The notes below the pieces were generated by a model. That model was not told the DNA's origin. It ran no database searches and saw only the letters and a list, made by a program, of their open reading frames with translations. 44,486 bases of DNA from Thraustochytrium aureum (lineage: Eukaryota). The DNA lies in the NCBI GenBank assembly GCA_012862495.1, contig BLSG01000337.1, forward strand, positions 1-44,486, written 5' to 3'. A program made the translations under genes and the position numbers. Positions 35,315-44,486 of this stretch are shown piece by piece (the first letter of the stretch is position 1; every line of letters starts with the position of its first letter).

Positions 35315-37055
35315 ATGTGGCGCAAGGGCTCTGTCGCATTCGTTCTCCTCCGCGCCGTGCGCCTCCTGCGCCATCATCACCAACAGCAGCAGGCTTGCGC
35401 AGACTGTCGACCAGGGTGGTTTTGGCCTCCCTCTGTAGTTGTGCACCGGACCCGCGGTTTTCGCGCCGAGAGGTCCTGCGCCAGGTCGCCTATGAACCTT
35501 CCTTGTTCAAAGCCTAATTTATCTCGAGGATGCGCGGGTGGAGACGCGCAGAGGCGGGACGTCTCTGTACGTGATNNNNNNNNNNNNNNNNNNNNNNNNN
35601 NNNNNNNNNNNNNNNNNNNNNNNNNNNNNNNNNNNNNNNNNNNNNNNNNNNNNNNNNNNNNNNNNNNNNNNNNNNNNNNNNNNNNNNNNNNNNNNNNNNN
35701 NNNNNNNNNNNNNNNNNNNNNNNNNNNNNNNNNNNNNNNNNNNNNNNNNNNNNNNNNNNNNNNNNNNNNNNNNNNNNNNNNNNNNNNNNNNNNNNNNNNN
35801 NNNNNNNNNNNNNNNNNNNNNNNNNNNNNNNNNNNNNNACCAAGTCTCGCTGGTAGCGAGGCTCGGCCTCAAGCTCCAGGAACACTTTGTTCGCACCAAA
35901 GACGACTATGTGCTGAGTGTATTTCACGTCGAGCGCGACGTTGGGCGCAACTCTATCAATGTCGTGCGGCGGCGGCCAGTCTTGCTGCAGGCGGGCCTGC
36001 TCGACTCGTCGAAAAGCCTCCTCAACCTGGAGGAGGATAGTCTTGCCGTACAGCTGGTCGCGCGTGGCTTTGACGTCTGGCTGGGCAACAACCGCGGCAA
36101 CGCCTGGTCGAAGCGCAGCATCGCATTCGACCCGGAGCGGTTTTGGCACTTTAGTTGGGACGAAATGGCGCTCTTTGACCTGCCGGCGCAGGTCGACTAT
36201 GTTCTAGAGTTCACCGGGCAACCCAGCCTCTCCTACGTGGGTCACTCGCAAGGCACGACGCAGGTGTTTGCCGCGCTCTCGCTGCCCGAGAACGCGGCCC
36301 TCGCGAAGAAGCTGGACCTGCACGTCGCGCTCGCCCCCGTGGCGTACCTGGGGCACATGTCTTCGCCGCTGCTTCAGTTCTGGTGCACTCTCCGATCCCG
36401 GCGCTCGTGACGGCGATGGGGGTTCGCGACTTTGCGCCAACGCCGGAGGAGCTCCGCGATATGTTTCCCGAGGTCTGCGCGCTGTTGCCCACAGGGTGCG
36501 CTGATTTGTTGGCGCTTGGGTTTGGCAGCACCAAGCACATCGCCAAGGAGGACTATGACGAGTTTGTCACGGACTGGCCGAGCGGGACCTCGGTGCGCAA
36601 TATTTGGCACTTTATTCAAGGCATCAAAGCGGGGCGTTTTGCGCGCTTCGATCATGGGCCGGAGGGCAATCGAGCCGCGTACGGCAACACGACTGCGCCA
36701 GACTACGATCTCTCCAACTACGAGAAAGCCGGCGTGCCGACTGTGTTTGTTTCAGGCTCGCACGACATGCTTGCCGACCCCACGGACGTAGCGCGTTTGG
36801 AGCGGGTCGTGCGCCCGTTTCGCTTGCGTTAGGGAACTGCTGGAGGCTATTTGGGGGTCATCGGGTATCACCTGGAGAGGAGAGACAGAGGGCGTTCTGG
36901 GCTCAGTCCGCTCTGCTCTGTTTCGCCACATCAAAGTCGAAGGCTACGCGCACATGGACTTTTTGTGGGCTCGTGATGCCGCGCAGCTCGTGTACCCGGC
37001 GGTGATTGAGCTTTTGGACGTGCACTCGCGGATCGGCGTGAGCTCTAAAAACTAA
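35315..37055 (+). CDS. Acid (lysosomal/gastric-type) triacylglycerol lipase, AB hydrolase; gap, frameshift near 36393 and frameshift or intron near 36810-36900; 5' end uncertain
   Basis: TKDDYVL, GFDVWLGNNRGN, FWHFSWDEMALFDLPA, YVGHSQGTT (Ser), HDMLAD (Asp), YAHMDFLW (His); stop at 37053-37055. Confidence 0.85.
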
Positions 37056-37102
37056 TTTATTTCATTTATGGTCATCACCGCGCCAACAGGCCAGGCCGGC
37101 TC

Positions 37103-38236
37103 TCAAAAGCACTTGCGGTGCACGATGCACGGGCCCCACTCTTCGTACTCGTCCTTGGTGATCCAGTTGTCTTGAAAGGTCGGGATCGAGGCGAGGATCG
37201 AGCCGCCGACCCACACCAAGTTTTGCCGCTCCGCTGGGGCGATGACTTGGATATTGCTGGCCTTTGGCGCAAGCGCGGCGATTTCCTTCTCGAGGCGCTC
37301 GGCGAGCCCCTTGAACATAGTGGAGCCGCCCGACAGGACAATGTTGGCGAACAGAGCCCCGCGAATCTCGACGTCGCACTTGAGAATCGCCTGAAGTACG
37401 GCGACGTGAACGCCCGGCGAGTTCTTGCCGACGAGCTTGGGCCTGAAGAGCGCCTCTGGGCAGGCGAACCGCGCGGCCCCGAGCGAGATCTCCTGGCCGT
37501 CCGGGAGCTCGAACATGGTGTCGATGGGATTTGCTTGGGTGAGCGCCGCCATCTCGGCCTCAAAGTCGGAGGCGACAAAGGCGTAGTTCTCCTTGACGTC
37601 GACCGCAACTGCGCGGTCGGCGGCCGTGTTGACGCGGAACCCTTCCTCCGCCAACATTTGGCACATGCGGTCGGTCAGGTCGCAGCCGCCAACTTGGACC
37701 TCTGTGATGGCGTTCGCAATTGCGTGGCCCTCAAAGACGGGCACGACGTGGGTGACACCCTCGCCGCTGCTGAGCACGACGCCAGTGGTGCGGCCTGTGG
37801 CGAACAACGCGAGCGCCGCCGAGATGTTGACGAACATGGCCGGGACCTCAAAGGCCTGGAACATGACGTCGACCATGCGCTCGCGGTGCGCCTTCGGGTT
37901 GAGCGGGGCCTCCGTCAGGAGCACGGGGTGGTCTTCCGTTTTGGAGACGCCCAGCTTGTTGCAGAAGGCGTGGAACCAGACCTGCTCCATGTCGTCCCAG
38001 TTCGTGACGAGTCCGCGCACAATCGGGTACTTGACGCTCATCGCCGAGTCCTGCGCGCTTGTGGCCTGGTTGGAGGCGTTGCGGTCTCGTTTCTTGCCGA
38101 CGATCTTGTCGCAGCGAGCGGACCGCGCGCGCGAGGCCGCGAGGGCGACGCGTGGCGCCTTGTCGCCAGCAAACCCAACGCGGCACACCGCGGACCCGTT
38201 GTCCACCACGATCGCGCGGTAGTCTCCGTGAGGCAT
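37103..38236 (-). CDS. Divergent actin / actin-related protein, copy 1 (377 aa, intact)
   Basis: [69 protein letters not shown]. Confidence 0.92.
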   Translation of the reverse strand: [377 protein letters not shown]

Positions 38237-39015
38237 TCTTGCGGCGGCTCGTGTCACTGGTGAAGCTCCTGCTCGGCTTTGTTGCCTTGCGCCCGCCGCC
38301 GTCTCGCACCACCTCTGGCGCAGCAGCTCGTTGTGGCGCTCTCAAGGTATGAATCTGGGCCTGCTCTTGGGCTTTCGCGTTCGGGATCTGGTGCAGCGCT
38401 CGCAGTGCAGAGCAAGCACATGATGATCTATCATCCATCCCCGCGTCCCACCCCGCGTGACCGTGTTCACGGCTTGCCCTGTGAGGGGCGCAACGCGCAT
38501 GCAAACTGGAATTCGTTGGCGGTTGCGCGCCGGCAGGCCGCAGTCAGCCTCAGGTTGCCGACCAGAACGTCAACAAGAAAGGTCGCAGCGTCTCGCCCGC
38601 CGGCGTACGAAGCACACGCTGTGCAGGCATTGAGGCAGGACTTGGAAGCCCGCGTTGCCCCGGCAGCGGCGGCGACCAGCTCGCTGGGCCTCTGCAGGTC
38701 CAGCCAGCCTGGGCCGGACAGGTCAGAATCAGAGGTGCTGCCTTTCAAGACTGCATCCGGGGCGGCTCACTGGAGCGGAGGAGGACTTGCAGAGCAAGAG
38801 TCCTCTCGCCATACTCTGTGCTGTGCTGTGCTGTGCGTGCGCGAAGGGTGGGGCTGCCGGTGTGCGGCCGTCCTTTCCCTGAACCGTAGGAAGTCGGCCG
38901 TGGTTGCCGGACAGACCATGTGAGGGCAACAACGCATCGAGGCTCGCACGTGCTGCCGGAGCGCTGCCGGCTGGCTCACGTGCATGCGCTCCCTCGATGC
39001 GCGAAGGCACGGCAC

Positions 39016-39106
39016 AGCACCAGCTTCAGCACCAGCAATAGCACCAGCTCCAGCACCAGCAATAGCAATAGCACCAGCACCAGCAATAGCACCAGCAATA
39101 GCACCA
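39016..39106. repeat. AGCACC/AGCAAT hexamer repeat (Ala-Pro/Ala-Ile in the frame of ATG 38984)
   Basis: Directly visible; in frame with the MGRSER start of actin copy 2. Confidence 0.8.
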
Positions 39107-39256
39107 CCTCGCGCGCGACATCCGCAGGCTCGAAGGGCAGGGGAGGCGAGCAGCACAGCGACTGAGCATTCATTCCAGTGCGCCTTGCAGCCCAACCAAC
39201 ACACGCCTCGAACGGCCAAGGCGCCCAAGACCTCAAGTAGCTGCTTCTTCGCGAGG

Positions 39257-40359
39257 ATGGGGCGAAGCGAGCGCGACGAGGAAGACCGCGAAGAGCGCAA
39301 GAAGCGCAAGGAGCGCAAGGAGCGCAAGGAGCGCAAGGAGCGCAGCAAGGAGGAAAAGCGCAAGAAGGAAGAGAAGCGGGAGCGAAAAGAGCGCGAGCGG
39401 AAGAGGCGGGAGCGCAAGGAGCGGAAGCGGGAGAAAGAGCGCGAGCAAAAGGAGCCAAGCGAAAGGAGAGAAAAGGGAAACCGAATCGTGGGTCTTCGAG
39501 CTCCTCGGAGAGAGGTCTGCCCTTGTGGTCGACAACGGCTCCGGATTTTGCAAGGCCGGCTTTGCCGGTGATGACGTGCCCTGTGCNNNNNNNNNNNNNN
39601 NNNNNNNNNNNNNNNNNNNNNNNNNNNNNNNNNNNNNNNNNNNNNNNNNNNNNNNNNNNNNNNNNNNNNNNNNNNNNNNNNNNNNNNNNNNNNNNNNNNN
39701 NNNNNNNNNNNNNNNNNNNNNNNNNNNNNNNNNNNNNNNNNNNNNNNNNNNNNNNNNNNNNNNNNNNNNNNNNNNNNNNNNNNNNNNNNNNNNNNNNNNN
39801 NNNNNNNNNNNNNNNNNNNNNNNNNNNNNNNNNNNNNNNNNNNNNNNNNNNNNNNNNNNNNNNNNNNNNNNNNNNNNNNNNNNNNNNNNNNNNNNNNNNN
39901 NNNNNNNNNNNNNNNNNNNNNNNNNNNNNNNNNNNNNNNNNNNNNNNNNNNNNNNNNNNNNNNNNNNNNNNNNNNNNNNNNNNNNNNNNNNNNNNNNNNN
40001 NNNNNNNNNNNNNNNNNNNNNNNNNNNNNNNNNNNNNNNNNNNNNNNNNNNNNNNNNNNNNNNNNNNNNNNNNNNNNNNNNNNNNNNNNNNNNNNNNNNN
40101 NNNNNNNNNNNNNNNNNNNNNNNNNNNNNNNNNNNNNNNNNNNNNNNNNNNNNNNNNNNNNNNNNNNNNNNNNNNNNNNNNNNNNNNNNNNNNNNNNNNN
40201 NNNNNNNNNNNNNNNNNNNNNNNNNNNNNNNNNNNNNNNNNNNNNNNNNNNNNNNNNNNNNNNNNNNNNNNNNNNNNNNNNNNNNNNNNNNNNNNNNNNN
40301 NNNNNNNNNNNNNNNNNNNNNNNNNTTCGTCCATCGTCCACCGCAAGTGCACTGTATAA
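39257..40359 (+). CDS. Actin-like protein, copy 2, with K/E/R-rich N-terminal extension; core mostly in gap
   Basis: MGRSERDEEDREERKKRKERK...; two single-G additions give ...[29 protein letters not shown]. Ends SSIVHRKCTV* after the gap. Alternative start at 38984. Confidence 0.75.
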
Positions 40360-40762
40360 ATATTTTTTTAAAAGAGCGCGAGCGTGCAAGGCAAGCAGGC
40401 CTGCAGACGTGGTTGGACTCGCTCGCAGTTAATCGGTCGTCGTCCACCAACACCCATGGAATCCCGAGCAGATTTCCCCTCTCTCGAGAGTGAGAGCAGT
40501 AACGACCTTGACGACGAATGGAACGCCCGTATCGCACGAGCTCGCCGCTCGCTCTGCCGTTTGAGTTCGTCTCGTGCGTGCGCCTTGTTTTCAGAACCGT
40601 GCACGTGACCAGCGTTGCCTCTCTCTCTAGAAAAATCACCAAAGCATTGTTTTGGACACAAAAGAGTCACTGTGTCAACTGTTCAGCGAGGCGAGCAACG
40701 CGGTCCTCCGTTGCTTCTGACGACGGCGTTCACGAGAGACACAGCACGTGAGTGCAGCACGA

Positions 40763-40824
40763 GCAGACCGCATCGAAACGACAACCGCAGACCCCATCGA
40801 AACGACAACCGCAGACCCCATCGA
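40763..40824. repeat. 24-bp tandem repeat, about 2.6 copies
   Basis: GCAGACC(G/C)CATCGAAACGACAACC. Confidence 0.85.
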
Positions 40825-40886
40825 TTGCCCCGTCGCGCCGAGTGAGTCCAGCAAAGCAGGATACCGAAGCAAGGCGCGTAGCGGGG

Positions 40887-42598
40887 ATGGGGCAGAGAGT
40901 GGCGAAGAGCAGGCGCGACGAAGGTGACCAGGAGATGCACAAAGAGCGCGAGGGACTCGAGGAAGATGGGAATGCCCAGCGAAGCGAGCCCTGCGAGGTT
41001 ACGGATGCGCGAGAAGACCGGGAGCACGAGCAGATCGAGCCAGAACAAGCACCCCGCGGGCCTGCAAGCTTGTCAGAGAGCAAAGGCTCGTCGAGCCCCT
41101 CAGTTGAAGAAGACCAGGAACTTGAGGAGGTCGAGCCAGAGCAAGTTCCCTGTGGACGTACAAGCTTCTCAGAGAGCAAAGGCTCGTCGAGCTCCTCGGT
41201 TGAAGGAGTGCAGGCCATTGTCATCGACAGTGGCTCCGCCATGAGCAAGGCCGGCTTTGCCGGGAACGATGCGCCCCGCGCGGTCTTCCCTTCCATCGTC
41301 GGGCTTCCGAACCCGTTGATCATGGTCGGCAAGAACGGAGCTTTTATTGGCACAGAGGCCAAGAACATTCGCCCATTGCTCACCCTCAAGTATCCTATCG
41401 AGCGCGGGTTCGTGGCCAACTGGGACGACATGGAGAGGATCTGGCACCACACTTTTTACAACGAGCTCAACGTCAACCCCGAGGAGCACCCTGTTATGCT
41501 TTCGGAGCCCCCGCTCAACCCCAAGGCGAACCGCGAGCGAATGACCAAGCTCATGTTCGAAACCTTCAAGGTTCCGGCCATGTACGTCAACATCTCGGCG
41601 GTGCTGGCACTGTACGCCTCGCGCCGCTTCACGGAACCGTGCTCGACTCGGGTGATGGTGTGACCCACGCCGTGCCCATCTACGAGGGCTACGCACTGTT
41701 AAACGCCGTAGTCCGCATCAACCTCGGCGGGCGCGACCTGACGGACTACCTGACGAAGATCCTTTTCGTAGAGCGCGGCTACTCGTTCACAACGACCGCC
41801 GAGCGCGATGTCGTGCGCGATATCAAGGAGAAGCTCTGCTACGTCGCGCAGGACTTTGACGACGAGATTCGGTCGGCCGCCTCCGAGTCGCCTTGCCCCC
41901 TCAAGACGAGCGATGTGATTGTGAGCAACGCGATCGATTCGAGCCTTGAGGTCGAGCAACCGAAATGCAAACCGCCCACCGCCAGTGAAGCTACCCTGGA
42001 GAAGAGCTACGAGCTCCCGGATGGCAACGTGATCACCATCGGCAAGGAGCGCTTTTGCTGCCCCGAGGTCCTCTTCCAGCCCAGGTTCATCGGCAGGGAC
42101 GCCATGGGCGTCCATGAGATCATGTCCAGTCTATCTTGAAGTGCGATGTCGACATCCACGAGGACCCTGTACNNNNNNNNNNNNNNNNNNNNNNNNNNNN
42201 NNNNNNNNNNNNNNNNNNNNNNNNNNNNNNNNNNNNNNNNNNNNNNNNNNNNNNNNNNNNNNNNNNNNNNNNNNNNNNNNNNNNNNNNNNNNNNNNNNNN
42301 NNNNNNNNNNNNNNNNNNNNNNNNNNNNNNNNNNNNNNNNNNNNNNNNNNNNNNNNNNNNNNNNNNNNNNNNNNNNNNNNNNNNNNNNNNNNNNNNNNNN
42401 NNNNNNNNNNNNNNNNNNNNNNNNNNNNNNNNNNNNNNNNNNNNNNNNNNNNNNNNNNNNNNNNNNNNNNNNNNNNNNNNNNNNNNNNNNNNNNNNNNNN
42501 NNNNNNNNNNNNNNNNNNNNNNNNNNNNNNNNNNNNNNNNNNNNNNNNNNNNNNNNNNNNNNNNNNNNNNNNNNNNNNNNNNNNNTACTGTAGAGTAG
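40887..42598 (+). CDS. Actin-like protein, copy 3, with acidic N-terminal extension and subdomain-4 insertion; 1-nt deletions near 41634 and 42125; 3' part in gap
   Basis: [90 protein letters not shown]. Probable end ..TVE* at 42598. Confidence 0.85.
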
Positions 42599-43562
42599 CA
42601 AGCCACCAACCACATCTTGTGATGCCCATTGGCGCCAGCTCGAGCTATCCAGCCTTTCTAGCCTCTCCTTCTCGGCACTCCTCGCCTCGTCGTCTATCGC
42701 AAGGCCTGGCCTATTCCGGTCATGAAGAACAGAGCAGAGCGGACTGGGCAAGGTCGACCTCTGGAACGACCACCTCAGGCCGGAGGACCTGGAGATCGCG
42801 CTGTAGGCTCGCTCGATCCGACAGGAGACACAGTCACCTCAAGTCGATTGCTGCCATCCAAAAACCGAAATCATCCATCACAAATTCTCGTGCCGGGACC
42901 TGCCAACGGCACCAACCGCTCCACCAACCCCTCGACCGTGGACAGCCAACACCCGAACTTTGACGCATCGCATCCGCGAACCGCTTCGACTCTGGCGTTT
43001 GCTGGGCCTCCGCAAACATCGTTCGTCGTGCACGAGCGTTGGAATGCTCGGTGGGACCAACCTTTGGGGTTCATGGGAGCCGACCTTTGTCGCCCCTGAT
43101 TAACTGGTGATAACTGCGCGCGCATGCGCGAGCGCTCGCACTGGCTTGCTGTCATGGCCTGAGAGGAGTGCCAAGACTCTCCTCTCCATTGATGCGGGTT
43201 CGATAGAGGTCTTTCACTCTGCGCAACGCGGGAAAAACGCGTCCGCGTTGTCGCACCCGCTCTGGCCGGCTGCCGACCGGTACATGGACGGTCGCGGTTT
43301 GAGAGTTTGAGAGTCCCCTCGAGATCTAGCAAACAGAAGTCCTTCCGTGGAATCAGTCGCACGAGCGCGCAGCTCTCACTGGTTTGCTTCCAGCGCGTCC
43401 CTACTCGCCAGTCCCCAGAGCCTTGCATGCCCCGATCCTGCCATCGCGGAGCAAGCGAAATGCTTCGCAGCAGACCCAGAACAGAACAGACCCGAAACTG
43501 AGCTGGCCGAGCGAGCGAGCAGCACTCGGTTGCGCAGCTGGACAAGAGCAGGCTCGGCAAGA

Positions 43563-44486
43563 ATGACGCGGAGCTCGACCAGAAAGAGGCAGAGCAGAAC
43601 GCAGAGCTCGACAAGCAAGCGGAAGGAGCTTGAACCTGAAAAAGAATTCCAGGCGCTCGTCTTCGACTGCGGCTCGGCAGTGTGCAAAGCTGGGTTTGCT
43701 GGGGAAAGTGCGCCCCGCGCCGTCTTCTCAAACGTGGTTGGGCGTCCCAAGAACTCGAGACTCCCTGGATTCATGATCACCGAGTACTATATTGGCGAAG
43801 AGGCCCAGCGCATCCGAGGAGTGCTTTCCCTCCGCAACCCGATTGAGCGATGTCTAGTCACTGATTGGGATGACATGGAGAGAATCTGGCACCACACATT
43901 CTACAATGAGCTGCGCGTGCTTTCCGAGGACTACGCACTGCTCCTGGCCGAACCGCCTCTTAACCCAAAGGCGACCCGAGAGCGCCTGGTTCAAGTCATG
44001 TTTGACGCCTTTGATGTTCCGGCCATGTACGTCAACATCTCGGCCGTGCTCGCACTGTACGCCTCGGGGCGCACCACCGGCGCCGTACTCGACTCGGGCG
44101 ATGGTGTGACCCACACCGTGCCCATCTACGAGGGCTACGCTCTCCCGCACGGCGTGCTCTGCATCGACATTGCCGGCCGCGACCTGACCGACTATCTGAT
44201 GAGGATCCTCACCGAGCGCGGCTACTCGTTCACCACAACCGCCGGGCGCGGCTACTCGTTCACCACGACCGCCGAGCGCGAGATCGTGCGCGACATCAAG
44301 GAGAAGCTCTGCTACGTCGCCCAGGACTTTGACGGTGAGATGCAGGCCGCCGCCTCCTCGAGACGCCTCGAGAAGAGCTTCGAGCTCCCGGACGGCAACG
44401 TCATCACCATTGGCAACGAGCGCTTCCGCTGCCCCGAGGTGCTCTTCCAGCCCTCATTCATCGGCAAGGACGCCTTTGGTGTGCAT
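43563..44486 (+). CDS. Actin-like protein, copy 4; truncated by window end, start uncertain
   Basis: Translated by hand (absent from the ORF track): [96 protein letters not shown]. The frame is open from 43311; the first ATG is at 43563. Confidence 0.9.
   Translation, partial: MTRSSTRKRQSRTQSSTSKRKELEPEKEFQALVFDCGSAVCKAGFAGESAPRAVFSNVVGRPKNSRLPGFMITEYYIGEEAQRIRGVLSLRNPIERCLVTDWDDMERIWHHTFYNELRVLSEDYALLLAEPPLNPKATRERLVQVMFDAFDVPAMYVNISAVLALYASGRTTGAVLDSGDGVTHTVPIYEGYALPHGVLCIDIAGRDLTDYLMRILTERGYSFTTTAGRGYSFTTTAEREIVRDIKEKLCYVAQDFDGEMQAAASSRRLEKSFELPDGNVITIGNERFRCPEVLFQPSFIGKDAFGVH

Noticed and set aside
4484..42125. Many frameshifts (about 4490, 6738, 7218, 12167, 17163, 23600, 36393, 39454, 39510, 41634, 42125) suggesting pseudogenes, programmed frameshifting or insertional RNA editing
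   Set aside because: Nearly all are fixed by adding one base, usually duplicating a neighbouring base or lengthening a short run (e.g. GAA AAC, CTC CCG, ACG GGA, ATG TTC). The added base can be any of the four, and there are no accompanying nonsense decays. This is the typical homopolymer-deletion error profile; raw reads would confirm it.
42600..43310. ORFs between actin copies 3 and 4
   Set aside because: Short, overlapping and without motifs; treated as intergenic.

Overview
GC-rich, gene-dense, intron-poor eukaryotic scaffold with many N gaps. Actin signatures (YVNIx[11 protein letters not shown]) suggest a stramenopile protist, possibly a labyrinthulomycete; this is inference. Recognisable genes are TRAPPC13, two tandem orphan 7TM/GPCR-like paralogs, an AAAP amino-acid transporter, a metallophosphoesterase fragment, a WD40 protein, cyclin Y, an SVOP-like MFS transporter, ABCE1, a spliced multi-TM protein, CPSF1 with an Arg/Asp-rich insertion, an acid lipase and several hypothetical proteins. 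The window ends in a cluster of four divergent actin paralogs (37.1-44.5 kb). All three copies where the sites are visible replace the catalytic Gln137 with Ser and His73 with Arg. Three copies carry charged N-terminal extensions and two have subdomain-4 insertions. Most frameshifts are repaired by adding one base, usually duplicating an adjacent base, so they look like sequencing errors rather than pseudogenisation. No rRNA, tRNA, CRISPR array or clear transposase was seen.
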